A stretch of DNA of 64,000 nucleotides from NCBI GenBank assembly GCA_040388575.1, contig JAZKBO010000002.1, positions 95,942 through 159,941 of the forward strand. The letters are read 5' to 3'. The notes under the pieces are model-generated. The model worked only from the letters and a program-made list of their open reading frames with translations, did no database searches and was not told where the DNA came from. The position numbers were made by a program, and so were the translations under genes. Numbering within the stretch: position 1 is the stretch's first letter; the number at the start of each line of letters is the position of its first letter. Shown here piece by piece: positions 35,513-45,111 of the stretch. This DNA is from Patescibacteria group bacterium (GTDB lineage: Bacteria; Patescibacteriota; Minisyncoccia; Phycocordibacterales; UBA9973).

Positions 35513-37729
35513 ATGAAACTGTTGATTGTTGAGTCGCCATCAAAAGCAAAGACGATTGAAAAATATTTAGAAGGCGCATACACAGTACGCGCCTCGGTTG
35601 GGCACGTGCGTGATTTACCCAAGTCAAATAAAAAAGCCATCGACATCGAGGGCGGTTTTGTACCTTTTTATGAAATTTCAAAAGGCAAAGACAAGGTGGT
35701 ACATGAACTCCAAGCTCTTGCTGAAAAAGCTAAGGAGATAGTATTGGCAACCGACCCCGACCGTGAGGGTGAAGCGATAGCATGGCATATTGAAACACTC
35801 CTCAAGCAGGACAAAAAAGTAAAGGCGCCTATTGAACGTGTAGCTTTCCATGAAATAACTAAGGAAGCTGTGGAGGAAGCACTGAAAAGCCCACGCAAGA
35901 TTGATACTGACCTTAGGAAGGCACAAGAGGCCCGCCGAGTACTTGACCGCTTAGTGGGCTACGACCTTTCAGGGCTCATTTGGAAAAAAGTTCGCTATGG
36001 ACTCTCCGCTGGACGCGTACAATCCCCCGCACTACGCATAATAATGGAACGTGAGCGCGAAATAAGAGCTTTCATTCCGGAAAAGTTCTGGAGAATTCTC
36101 GGGCTCTTTGAAACTAAAAAGGGGGCAAAAATTACCCTCGAGTGCAGCGAGGAACCTCGTGATGAAAAATTAGTTGATAAAATTTTAACTGAAGGCAAGA
36201 AAGGCAGCTGGATAATTAAAGACGTTAAAGAATCCGAACAAAAACGCACCCCGCGCGCACCTTTTACCACTTCGACGCTGCAGCAAACAGCAAGCTCACG
36301 CCTGGGCTACTCCCCATCTCGTACCATGCAGATAGCCCAAAAGCTCTACGAGGCCGGGCATATTACATATATGAGGACTGACAGTACAACTCTGGGAGCG
36401 GCAGCCCAGGGACAAATTCTAGGCTATGTGCAGAAAGAATATGGTAAAGAATACGCTGAGGCTAGAGTATATAAAACTAAGTCGAAAAATGCCCAGGAGG
36501 CTCACGAGGCCATCCGCCCAACGCATATAGACAAGCTGCACAGCGGGCACGATGATTTTGATAAGCTTTACAGATTAATTTGGGAACGTGCAGTTTCATC
36601 CCAAATGTCAGATGCGAAGTTATTAAAAACAAAAGTCACAGCCGTGATTGAAGGCCATGAAGACCTCCCACCATTCGGTGCGGTAGGTTCCCGCCTATTA
36701 TTTCCTGGCTGGCTTGCGGTAGACACTGGTGCGCGCGGTGAAGATGTAGAGCTACCGGAATGCAAAGCTGGAGAGAAATTGAATTTAATTGATTTAAGTA
36801 GTGAAGAAAAGTTTACAGAGCCACCAGGTAGGTATAGTGAAGCTGGACTTGTGAAAGAGCTCGAGAGCCGCGGCATCGGCCGCCCCTCTACATACGCCTC
36901 CATCATGCGTACTATTGAGGACCGTGGCTATGTCAGGAAGGAAGGTAAAACATTATTCCCAACCGATACCGGTGAGGTGGTCTCGGACTTTTTGGAAGCG
37001 CATTTTGCTAATTATATTTCAGACACCTTTACTGCCGAGATGGAAGATGAGCTGGATGAAATATCCCGTGGTGAGCGTGAATATGAAAAGACGCTTAGAG
37101 ATTTTTATACTCCATTTTCAAAAGATGTAAAAGCAAAAGATAAATTAGAAAAGGCTACAAACCTGGGCGACGCACCGGCGAATATCAAATGCCCTAAATG
37201 CGGCAGCCCGATGATTATTAAGCTATCACGCGCTGGTAAATTTTATTCCTGCTCAAAGTACCCAGATTGCGACGGTGCCCTGATGCTAGACGGTACTGAA
37301 CTCCAGGGTCCTAAAGAAACTGGTGAAATGTGTCCGCTCTGTGGGGAGAAGAAGGGTAAATCCGGCGGCGGTAAACTCGTAATCAAAGAGAGACGTGATG
37401 GCTCTGGTACATTTATAGCCTGCTCACGATACCCAAAGTGTAAATTTATTAAACAAGACGAAGAAGAAGTAAAAAGAAAAATGACAACTGTACAATGCCC
37501 AACATGTAAAAAAGGAATGATTATGGAACGCAAAGGTAGATTTGGAATTTTTTATTCTTGCTCTGACTACCCTGATTGCAAATTTGCGATGAAGGCCAAG
37601 CCGACTGGAAATATTTGCAATGTTTGCGGCTCTCTAATGATGCAAGGGACAAAGACCATACCAGAGCGTTGCAGTAAAAAAGAGTGCCCAAACTTCCGAC
37701 CAGATAAAATTAAAAAAATTGAGTCTTAG
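35513..37729 (+). CDS. topA: DNA topoisomerase I with C-terminal C4 zinc ribbons
   Basis: Toprim start MKLLIVESPSKAKTIEKYL, VRASVGHVRDLP, active-site region, and multiple CxxC...CxxC ribbons at the C-terminus. Confidence 0.9.
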   Translation: MKLLIVESPSKAKTIEKYLEGAYTVRASVGHVRDLPKSNKKAIDIEGGFVPFYEISKGKDKVVHELQALAEKAKEIVLATDPDREGEAIAWHIETLLKQDKKVKAPIERVAFHEITKEAVEEALKSPRKIDTDLRKAQEARRVLDRLVGYDLSGLIWKKVRYGLSAGRVQSPALRIIMEREREIRAFIPEKFWRILGLFETKKGAKITLECSEEPRDEKLVDKILTEGKKGSWIIKDVKESEQKRTPRAPFTTSTLQQTASSRLGYSPSRTMQIAQKLYEAGHITYMRTDSTTLGAAAQGQILGYVQKEYGKEYAEARVYKTKSKNAQEAHEAIRPTHIDKLHSGHDDFDKLYRLIWERAVSSQMSDAKLLKTKVTAVIEGHEDLPPFGAVGSRLLFPGWLAVDTGARGEDVELPECKAGEKLNLIDLSSEEKFTEPPGRYSEAGLVKELESRGIGRPSTYASIMRTIEDRGYVRKEGKTLFPTDTGEVVSDFLEAHFANYISDTFTAEMEDELDEISRGEREYEKTLRDFYTPFSKDVKAKDKLEKATNLGDAPANIKCPKCGSPMIIKLSRAGKFYSCSKYPDCDGALMLDGTELQGPKETGEMCPLCGEKKGKSGGGKLVIKERRDGSGTFIACSRYPKCKFIKQDEEEVKRKMTTVQCPTCKKGMIMERKGRFGIFYSCSDYPDCKFAMKAKPTGNICNVCGSLMMQGTKTIPERCSKKECPNFRPDKIKKIES

Positions 37730-37780
37730 AAAGAGTGACGACCAGAGGCCTGTTCGGCACCCTGGTCGAGAACTGACCCT

Positions 37781-38083
37781 CTATTTCATTCGCTCCAGAA
37801 CGTTGGGCGGAATCTTCTCGCATGGCACGTTGGCGATCGACGGGATGAGATTGCCGCCGCGCCAATCTTCGAAGTACGCGTAGCAGAGCCCCACCCGAGC
37901 GTCTTCAATGTACTCGATGCTCCGCACGATGTGGTTAATACGTCCTTGTGTGGTGTCCGCTTCTTCCTGCGCATAGCGCGCCTGGGCTTCCGGACTCAAG
38001 CTTTCCTTCACAGCAGCATACACGATCGCTCCAAAAGCAGCGACAGCCAGCAATACCAATACGATTCCTCGCCACTTCTTCAT
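37781..38083 (-). CDS. GC-rich small secreted/membrane-anchored protein (about 100 aa) with perfect SD
   Basis: The likely start is MKKWRGIVLVLLAVAAFGAIVYA (signal/anchor). It is preceded by GGAGGTGCCCA-ATG on the minus strand. Local GC is about 55%, against about 40% in the flanks. Confidence 0.4.
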   Translation of the reverse strand: MKKWRGIVLVLLAVAAFGAIVYAAVKESLSPEAQARYAQEEADTTQGRINHIVRSIEYIEDARVGLCYAYFEDWRGGNLIPSIANVPCEKIPPNVLERMK

Positions 38084-38139
38084 TGGGCACCTCCGTGCCA
38101 TACAATTGTTCCTAAATAATTTACAATTTATTTTTGCTG

Positions 38140-38168
38140 TTGTCAATCCGTGAAATATGTAGTATAAT
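38140..38168 (+). promoter_or_regulatory. Sigma70-like promoter TTGTCA-N17-TATAAT, ATG 6 nt downstream (leaderless) for rel
   Basis: TTGTCA 38140-38145 and TATAAT 38163-38168. The core ATGTAGTATAATCT is identical to 8781-8794. Confidence 0.5.
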
Positions 38169-38174
38169 CTATAT

Positions 38175-39641
38175 ATGACAAGTATTAAGGAGCTTACTCA
38201 TTTAATGGGTAACAAACTTAATAAGAAGGAATGTGACCTTATTACAAAGGCATATGACTTTGCACTCAAAGCTCATGAAGGGCAAAAAAGGATGAGTGGT
38301 GAGCCCTACTTTAATCACGTATTCGAAACTGCAAAAATCTTGGCCAGTATGGGCATGGACACCCAGACAGTCGTGGCCGGGCTTCTGCATGATGTGGTGG
38401 AGGACACCAATGTAACTGAGGAGCAACTTGAAAAGGAATTTGGGCAGGACATTGCCTTTCTAGTAAAAGGAGTCACTAAACTTGGAACTTTGAAATACCG
38501 CGGGCATCAGCGACACATTGAAAGTTTGCGGAAGTTTTTCGTCGCCATGGCTAACGACCTGCGCGTGGTGATCATAAAGTTCGCTGACAGACTGCATAAT
38601 TTACGAACACTAGAGTATGTTCGGGAAGATAAGCGTGAACGGATTGCAGTAGAATCCATTGAACTATACGCGCCGCTGGCAAATAGGCTCGGTATGGGTA
38701 AATTAAAGGGTGAGATAGAGGATGCTGCCTTCCCTTTTGCCTACCCCAAAGAGTACACGATAATCGAGGACTTAATTAAAGAAAAGAAAGATGAATATCA
38801 GAAGTGCTTAACTGAGGTAAAGAATGAACTTGAAAAGGAATTAAAGAAAAATAAAATAAAACCGGTAGAAATCAATTACCGCATGAAGCATAAATACAGC
38901 CTATATAAAAAGTGGCTGAAGTATGACAAAGACATCGGTAAAATTTATGACATCGTGGCACTCCGGGTAGTGGTGGATACTGTGGAGGAGTGTTATAGGG
39001 TGCTAGGGCTCGTGCATGCACTCTGGAACCCGCTACCGGGCCGCATTAAAGACTACATTGCAGTTCCTAAGCCTAATGGCTATCGCTCCATTCATACCAC
39101 TATCTTTACTGGTCGCGGTGAAGTTGCTGAAATACAAATAAGGACTGCGGAAATGCACGCCGAAGCTGCATATGGTATCGCCGCCCATTTTGCCTACAAA
39201 GAAAAAGGTAAAAAAGCCCTAATGGATCAGTCGAAGTTCAAGTGGATTGAAGAGCTCAAGGAGTTGAATTATTCTCCAAGTGAGCCCAAGAGCTTTATTG
39301 AGCACCTCAAGATGGATTTTTTCAATGACCGTATTTTTATTTTTACCCCTAAGGGTGATGTAGTTGACCTGCCGGAGGAGTCCAGTCCGGTAGACTTTGC
39401 ATATTCTATTCACTCAGACATTGGCAACCATATGTTCGGCGCCAAGATTAATGGCAAAATGTCTCAGATTTTTACCAAGTTGCGAAATGGTGATATTGTA
39501 GAAATTATTACCAAGAAGGATTCCAAGCCATCAAGTAAGTGGCTGGAATATTCTAAAACTAACATCGCTCGCAAACATATCAAGCAATATTTAGATAAAA
39601 ATAGTTTACTTTCTAGGCTTAAGTCCTTCGGTCAGAAATAG
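38175..39641 (+). CDS. rel: Bifunctional (p)ppGpp synthetase/hydrolase, truncated Rel/SpoT (HD + synthetase + TGS; no ACT/RRM domain)
   Basis: HD motif LHDVVEDT, synthetase block RMKHKYSLYKK...YDIVALRVVV, TGS segment IFIFTPKGDVVDLPEESSPVDFAYSIHS. The protein ends at 488 aa. Confidence 0.85.
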   Translation: MTSIKELTHLMGNKLNKKECDLITKAYDFALKAHEGQKRMSGEPYFNHVFETAKILASMGMDTQTVVAGLLHDVVEDTNVTEEQLEKEFGQDIAFLVKGVTKLGTLKYRGHQRHIESLRKFFVAMANDLRVVIIKFADRLHNLRTLEYVREDKRERIAVESIELYAPLANRLGMGKLKGEIEDAAFPFAYPKEYTIIEDLIKEKKDEYQKCLTEVKNELEKELKKNKIKPVEINYRMKHKYSLYKKWLKYDKDIGKIYDIVALRVVVDTVEECYRVLGLVHALWNPLPGRIKDYIAVPKPNGYRSIHTTIFTGRGEVAEIQIRTAEMHAEAAYGIAAHFAYKEKGKKALMDQSKFKWIEELKELNYSPSEPKSFIEHLKMDFFNDRIFIFTPKGDVVDLPEESSPVDFAYSIHSDIGNHMFGAKINGKMSQIFTKLRNGDIVEIITKKDSKPSSKWLEYSKTNIARKHIKQYLDKNSLLSRLKSFGQK

Positions 39642-39647
39642 GCACTA

Positions 39648-40628
39648 CTATAGACTGAATTTAGAAATATCGTACAGCTTGGATTCGTCATCCGCGACTT
39701 CGTCTTTACTTCTATCATCTACTGGCGCCTCACCGGCTGCTTCAGTAGTAATTTTTTCGCTAGCAATATGCTTGTTTAAAAGGTCCTCAGGCTTTTTGTC
39801 CCCCATTTCCTTTTTAATCATTTCCAGAATTGAACGAAGGTCATCAGTTGAAAAGAAATCGATTTTAATTTGCCCACCGGACTCTTTGCGTTCGATATGC
39901 ACTCGAGTACCTAATTTGTCCTGGAATTCCTCCTCAAGAGAGGAGATTTCCGGATCAGGGAGGAATTCCTTCTTACGGACACGATCAAATGCAATCTTAC
40001 GAGCTAAACGCTCTGCTTCGCGCACTGTAATCTTCTTATAAACAATTTCTTTAAACAAGACTAGCTGCTCTTCAGGATGGTCAGCAAGCATAAGGATAGG
40101 GCGGGTGTGCCCTTCTGTAATTTTACCCTCCGATAGTCCAGTTAAAATTTCATCTGGCAAACTCAGGATGCGCAGAGTGTTCGATACGTACTCGCGACTG
40201 CGACCCATCTTCTTAGCAACTTCATTGTGGGTAAATTTAAATTCATTTACTAGGCGAAAAAAGGCTCGAGCCCGATCCACAACATTTAGATCCTCGCGCT
40301 GAAGATTTTCAATGATGGCTAGCTCAAGCTTCATCATCGAGGTGTCACCCACGCGAATAATTACTGGCACTTGGGCGACTCCAGCAAGCTTAGCGGCACG
40401 TAACCTGCGCTCGCCAGCAATTAGTTCATACTCAGTAACAAGGCCACCCTCTTCTTTTTCCACCTCCATACGGGAAACTGTAAGTGGCTGCAGCACGCCG
40501 TACTGCTTGATCGATAGTGCTAGATCCTCGAGCCTCGCCTCGTCAAATTCCCTACGGGGTTGGTAGGGATTCGGCTTAATTTTGTCGGTATCAATCCAAA
40601 AAATGGAGTTGGAATAAAGGTTGGACAT
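39648..40628 (-). CDS. parB: Chromosome partitioning protein ParB/Spo0J with long acidic C-terminal extension
   Basis: ParB box ELIAGERRLRAAKLAG and an HTH. 326 aa with an E/D-rich tail. Confidence 0.85.
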   Translation of the reverse strand: MSNLYSNSIFWIDTDKIKPNPYQPRREFDEARLEDLALSIKQYGVLQPLTVSRMEVEKEEGGLVTEYELIAGERRLRAAKLAGVAQVPVIIRVGDTSMMKLELAIIENLQREDLNVVDRARAFFRLVNEFKFTHNEVAKKMGRSREYVSNTLRILSLPDEILTGLSEGKITEGHTRPILMLADHPEEQLVLFKEIVYKKITVREAERLARKIAFDRVRKKEFLPDPEISSLEEEFQDKLGTRVHIERKESGGQIKIDFFSTDDLRSILEMIKKEMGDKKPEDLLNKHIASEKITTEAAGEAPVDDRSKDEVADDESKLYDISKFSL

Positions 40629-40691
40629 GACTCAATTGTAATTGATTTTTTATGTAAATTCAAGTAAGATTTATGGCATTGCCCACCGAAC

Positions 40692-40775
40692 GCCCAGGTG
40701 GCGGAATTGGTAGACGCGATAGACTCAAAATCTATTGTTGGCAACAACATGAGAGTTCGATTCTCTCCCTGGGCA
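40692..40775 (+). tRNA. tRNA-Leu (anticodon CAA), type II with long variable arm
   Basis: Acceptor GCCCAGG/CCTGGGC, 3-bp D-stem, anticodon stem ATAGA/TCTAT with loop CTCAAAA, long variable arm, T-arm GAGAG-TTCGATT-CTCTC, discriminator A. Confidence 0.85.
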
Positions 40776-40786
40776 CATAAGAATTT

Positions 40787-42115
40787 ATGAATAAGAAAAC
40801 AGAAAAAATAAACAAGTCAATTGATTTTGAAATTAACGGCGGCAAAAAGCTCTCCGGTACTATTCATACTGGATATTCCAAGAACGGCTCTGTGGGCCTT
40901 TTGTGTGCATCGGTACTAAATCGTGGTAAAACAATTCTTCACGGCATCGCCAGGATTGAGGAGGTTTATAGAATAATTGAAATTCTCGAAAGCATCGGAG
41001 CCCAAGTTTCTTGGACGGGCACCAATACCGTAGAAATCATTCCTCCTAAAGAATTTAACGTAAGGAAATTAATCCGTGAATCTGCTGAAAAAACTCGCTC
41101 TATACTTATGTTCATCGGCCCGCTAGCTCACTTTCTGCCTTCATTTTATATTCCCCATGCCGAGGGCTGCCACCTCGGCAAACGCACGATAGCAGCACAT
41201 AGATATGCCTTGCAAGAGCTAGGTGTAGAGATCCAAGTGACAGAAGATAGATATGAAATCAAAACCAAAAAATTCCAACCGGCTAATATTATTATGTATG
41301 AAGCGGGAGACACTGCGGTGGAAAATGTTTTAACAGCAGCTGCGCTTATTCCTGGTAAAACTACCATCAAATTCACCAGTTCTAACTACCAAGTTCAGGA
41401 AATATGCTTTTTCTTAGAAAAGTGTGGAGTTAAGATAGATGGTATCGGTACCTCTACCCTGACAGTGCAGGGAATAAAAAGTATAAATAAAAAAATTGAA
41501 TATTATAATAGCGAGGACCCAATAGAATCTATGGCCTTCATTACTGCAGCCATTGCCACTGACTCAACCCTGAAGGTAGCTGCCTGCCCCATTAGATTTA
41601 TAGAGCTTGAATTATATAAGTTAAAGAAAATGGGTTTGAAGTTTGAGGTTTCAAAAGAATATAAAGCGGAGAATGGTAGGACTATCCTCGCTGATGTGAC
41701 AGTATTTCCATCTAAATTTAAAGCGCTCGACGATAAGATCCACGCCAACCCATATCCAGGAATAAATATGGACAACCTGCCTTATTTTGTGATTCCTGCC
41801 ATAAAGGCGAAAGGCCAAACATTAATTCATGATTGGACATACGAAAACCGTGCCATTTACCTGACTGAGCTCAACCGCATGGGTGCCAACATAACCCTAG
41901 CAGACCCCCATCGATTATATGTAGAAGGAGGAACTAAGCTGCGCCCTGCTCAGATGGTCTGCCCACCGGCCCTGCGCCCGTCTATGGTTATCTTACTTGC
42001 CATGCTTTCTGCACCAGGAATTTCAGTATTGCGTAACGTATATATGATAAATCGCGGCTATGAGGAAATTGTGAAGCGTTTAAATTCTATTGGTGCTGAT
42101 ATTAAAATCCTATAG
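40787..42115 (+). CDS. Enolpyruvyl transferase of MurA type (UDP-GlcNAc 1-carboxyvinyltransferase-like)
   Basis: EPT-family architecture. The Cys-containing loop PHAEGCHLGKRTIAAH aligns with the MurA PGGCAIGARPVDLH loop. MurA versus AroA cannot be fully resolved without alignment. Confidence 0.6.
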   Translation: MNKKTEKINKSIDFEINGGKKLSGTIHTGYSKNGSVGLLCASVLNRGKTILHGIARIEEVYRIIEILESIGAQVSWTGTNTVEIIPPKEFNVRKLIRESAEKTRSILMFIGPLAHFLPSFYIPHAEGCHLGKRTIAAHRYALQELGVEIQVTEDRYEIKTKKFQPANIIMYEAGDTAVENVLTAAALIPGKTTIKFTSSNYQVQEICFFLEKCGVKIDGIGTSTLTVQGIKSINKKIEYYNSEDPIESMAFITAAIATDSTLKVAACPIRFIELELYKLKKMGLKFEVSKEYKAENGRTILADVTVFPSKFKALDDKIHANPYPGINMDNLPYFVIPAIKAKGQTLIHDWTYENRAIYLTELNRMGANITLADPHRLYVEGGTKLRPAQMVCPPALRPSMVILLAMLSAPGISVLRNVYMINRGYEEIVKRLNSIGADIKIL

Positions 42116-42120
42116 TTTGT

Positions 42121-42978
42121 ATGAAGAAGAATGTTATTGTTATCTTGGGCCAAACTGCCACTGGCAAGAGTAGCCTCGCCGTAAAACTAGCTAAAAAAAT
42201 AAATGGTGAGATAATTTCCGCAGATTCAAGACAAGTATATAAGGGCCTTAATATTGGCACAGGAAAAATAACAAAAAAAGAGATGGGTAGTGTACCTCAC
42301 CATTTACTTGATATTGCTAATCCTAAGCTACAATTTTCAGTTGCCGAATTTAAAGTACAGGCTGAACGCGAATTAGGAGCAACAATCGCACGTGGCCATA
42401 CGCCCATTATCTGCGGTGGCACAGGATTCTACATTGATGCCGTGACAAAATGTCTAGTTTTGCCAGAAGTCCCTCCGAACCAAAAACTACGCAAGGAATT
42501 AAGTAAAAAATCAGCCGGAGATCTACTTAAAATTCTAAGGAAATTTGACAGGTCTAGGGCAAATAGTATTGACCCAAATAATGAAGTCAGGATAATCAGG
42601 GCAATCGAAATAGTTAAAGCCCTTGGCAAAGTCCCAAAGATTTCCACCACGCCTTCAAAATATGAATTTATTAAAATTGGCTTATACCTACCTGAAGATA
42701 AATTAAAGGGTAAGGTAGAAAAAAGGGTGATAAAAATGTTTAAGGATGGATTACTAAGTGAAATAAACAAATTAAAAAAATCAGGGCTAACCAACAAGCG
42801 ACTACAGGAGCTCGGTTTTGAATATTACAATCCAGATGTTGAAGGGGTGATTACAAAAACAATTCAATATGCCAAGCGGCAAATGACTTGGTTTAAACGC
42901 GATAAAGACATTATTTGGATAGACTCTTCGGCCACAACTTCAGCAGGAATGGTAAGAAGGATATTAAAACTATTATAA
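42121..42978 (+). CDS. miaA: tRNA dimethylallyltransferase
   Basis: P-loop VIVILGQTATGKSSLA and ISADSRQVYKGLNIGTGK. Confidence 0.85.
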   Translation: MKKNVIVILGQTATGKSSLAVKLAKKINGEIISADSRQVYKGLNIGTGKITKKEMGSVPHHLLDIANPKLQFSVAEFKVQAERELGATIARGHTPIICGGTGFYIDAVTKCLVLPEVPPNQKLRKELSKKSAGDLLKILRKFDRSRANSIDPNNEVRIIRAIEIVKALGKVPKISTTPSKYEFIKIGLYLPEDKLKGKVEKRVIKMFKDGLLSEINKLKKSGLTNKRLQELGFEYYNPDVEGVITKTIQYAKRQMTWFKRDKDIIWIDSSATTSAGMVRRILKLL

Positions 42979-43504
42979 CTGCAATCCAGGAAATATGGTC
43001 CGCGATTTGTGGAAACACATGTCCTAGGAAGAATCCCAGGAGCGTGATTACTAGGGTCCATATTAGCGACCCTAAAGCATTGAATTTTAAAAAAGTTCGA
43101 TAATTCATGCGTCCTACCCCAGCTACTATGGGTGTAAAGGTCCGGATAATTGGGATAAAGCGACAAAATAATATGGCTACCTTGCCGTACTTTTCGAAGA
43201 AAATGTGTGCTTTGTCAATGTGCTCCTTTTTAAAAATTTTTCTAAAAAATGAAAAGTTGTAGAGTTTGACTAGATACACCCCTACCTCATACCCCGCCAT
43301 AGCTCCAAGGGCTGTGGCAAAGAAAACGACAATCAAAAGATAATAAATATTTAGCCCAATGGTAGCTGCAAAAAGCCCACCAGTAAAAAGGAGTGAATCC
43401 CCTGGTAATGGAAAGAAAATTCCAGATTCAAAAAAAATAATAACAAATATCCCGGCGTAGCCGAAGGTGGTAAGTAAGTATGGAATGTTAAAAAGTTCAA
43501 GCAT
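42911..43504 (-). CDS. DedA/TVP38-family membrane protein
   Basis: FPLPGDSLLFTGGLFAA motif and about 5 TM helices. Confidence 0.7.
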   Translation of the reverse strand: MLELFNIPYLLTTFGYAGIFVIIFFESGIFFPLPGDSLLFTGGLFAATIGLNIYYLLIVVFFATALGAMAGYEVGVYLVKLYNFSFFRKIFKKEHIDKAHIFFEKYGKVAILFCRFIPIIRTFTPIVAGVGRMNYRTFLKFNALGSLIWTLVITLLGFFLGHVFPQIADHISWIAVIIVLISFLPFLLKLWPKSLSK

Positions 43505-44006
43505 TATTATTTACTCGGGAACTTCTTATATCTTTAATAAATTTCTTTGTTTCTGCAATAATTGTTTTTGAAAAGCCTTCCACAATAGCCCCATTTCTGT
43601 CTGTAAACTGCCTAGGTATGATAATACCCTTACTTTTAAGTATTTCTATTACTTTCAAAATTGTAGGGCGATGCTCTGGAGAGCTAATTTTATTTGCGGC
43701 TTCTAGCGCTGTATAGTGATCCATAGGCATTACAGGAAATTCCTGGAAATGTTTTTTTACCCTTTCCTCTACAACGGGAGACAGATATTGAGTAAGTGCA
43801 CTACCATTCCTTGTATATTTTTCATACTGAAAAGAGTCAGGGAGTTCAGCCATGGCCTTGTTTATTACTACTCGCAGAGCATCACTAGTGCATCCTATCT
43901 CCTTTTGAATTTGAGTGAAAAACTTCCATCCTTCCGGTACTTCGGTGAGCATTTCTGCAGATGCAGGCTTTTCAGGTGTATTACCTGGGATCTCTTCTAA
44001 ATTCAT
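43497..44006 (-). CDS. Hypothetical protein (169 aa)
   Basis: ORF only; no motif recognised. Confidence 0.3.
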   Translation of the reverse strand: MNLEEIPGNTPEKPASAEMLTEVPEGWKFFTQIQKEIGCTSDALRVVINKAMAELPDSFQYEKYTRNGSALTQYLSPVVEERVKKHFQEFPVMPMDHYTALEAANKISSPEHRPTILKVIEILKSKGIIIPRQFTDRNGAIVEGFSKTIIAETKKFIKDIRSSRVNNNA

Positions 44007-44103
44007 ATGTTTGTTTATTATTATATATCCTCTTGTAATAAAAACCTCGCTATTTCGGCATAATCATTGTAACATAAAGATTATAAGTTAATTTAACAAA
44101 AAT

Positions 44104-44451
44104 ATGAAAATTCTAATCCATTGGATCGTTTCAGCTATAGCTATATTAATTGCGGCGTATATCCTCCCTGGTGTTCATGTTAGCGGCATTGTCGCAGCTT
44201 TAATCCTGGCAGTTGTGCTCGGCGTAATTAATGCCTTCATTCGCCCACTTATAATAATGCTGACCTTGCCGGTTACAATTATTACCCTCGGGCTTTTTGT
44301 GTTGGTTATTAACGCTCTACTCATCATGCTCTCTGCGGCTATCGTCCCAGGATTTTCTGTGGACAGCTTCTGGTACGCCTTCCTCTTCGGAATTGTACTT
44401 GCGATTATTATGGCAATCCTGCATTCACTTGAACCTAAAAGTATAAGATAA
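44104..44451 (+). CDS. Four-TM 'phage holin 4_2'/DUF360-family membrane protein
   Basis: Duplicated ..LPGVHVSGIVAALILAVVLGVINAFIRPL.. and ..VPGFSVDSFWYAFLFGIVLAII.. halves, typical of the PF04020-like family. Confidence 0.55.
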   Translation: MKILIHWIVSAIAILIAAYILPGVHVSGIVAALILAVVLGVINAFIRPLIIMLTLPVTIITLGLFVLVINALLIMLSAAIVPGFSVDSFWYAFLFGIVLAIIMAILHSLEPKSIR

Positions 44452-44465
44452 ACTATTTTTTTGGG

Positions 44466-44536
44466 CGGGCGATGAGGGAATCGAACCCCCGCTAGCGGTT
44501 TTGGAGACCGATGTACTACCACTATACTAATCGCCC
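44466..44536 (-). tRNA. tRNA-Trp (anticodon CCA), CCA not encoded
   Basis: Acceptor GGGCGAT/ATCGCCC, D-stem GTAT/GTAC (one G-U), anticodon loop CTCCAAA, T-arm GGGGG-TTCGATT-CCCTC, G73. Confidence 0.8.
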
Positions 44537-44540
44537 ATGC

Positions 44541-44578
44541 TCTACTTGCCCAGCCTTGCGGCCAAGCAAGTAGAGCTA
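44541..44578 (-). other. Extended stem-loop (11-bp perfect stem GCTCTACTTGC/GCAAGTAGAGC, inner 4-bp stem with GCAA tetraloop on minus strand) abutting tRNA-Trp 5' end; second hairpin GAGGGG/CCCCTC at ~44584-44613
   Basis: Inverted repeats read directly from the sequence. On the minus strand the hairpin ends 2 nt before tRNA position 1. It lies downstream of the response-regulator gene. Confidence 0.45.
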
Positions 44579-44699
44579 TAGAGGGGCAAATTAAAAATTA
44601 ATCACCCCTCATTCAAAAGAACATACAGCAAAACACTTTGCCGTAGCCCTACTATAACAGAAATCAAAGAAAACTTAAAGGAAAAACTAAAGAAAATTT

Positions 44700-45080
44700 C
44701 TAGTCCCCAATGGTTCGCTCGATGGTCTTGATGATCATGTCCATATTCTCGGATGCCTTTACGATGTAACCCTTCACTCCTACTTCCATACCCAAGGTTA
44801 CTCCCTCGCTGATATCTTTCATTTTAGAAAGCTGCGAAGAAATTAAGATAGGTATATTATGATGTCCACCTTGTTTTTTAAGTGCTTCTAGGAACTGGAG
44901 TCCTCCCATTTTAGGCATAATTAGATCGAGGGTAATCAAGTCTGGTGGGTTCTTCTCTATTTCCTTTAAGCCATCCTCACCGTTGTCTACATGGCTAACC
45001 GTGTATCTATCCTTAGGTAAAGTATCTTTCAGGATTTTTGCAAACACTTCATCGTCGTCAATAATCAGTATCTTTTTCAT
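44700..45080 (-). CDS. Stand-alone response-regulator receiver (CheY-like)
   Basis: ILIIDDDE...DLIMPKMGG...K receiver motifs. 126 aa with no output domain. Confidence 0.8.
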   Translation of the reverse strand: MKKILIIDDDEVFAKILKDTLPKDRYTVSHVDNGEDGLKEIEKNPPDLITLDLIMPKMGGLQFLEALKKQGGHHNIPILISSQLSKMKDISEGVTLGMEVGVKGYIVKASENMDMIIKTIERTIGD

Positions 45081-45111
45081 ATTGAATCAGGTTATTAATA
45101 ATCAGTGCTCA

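Noticed and set aside
37730-37780. Hairpin GACCAG...CTGGTC after the topA stop as a terminator
   Set aside because: The 6-bp stem has a 16-nt loop and no U-run on either strand. That is too weak to annotate, though it may still act between convergent genes.
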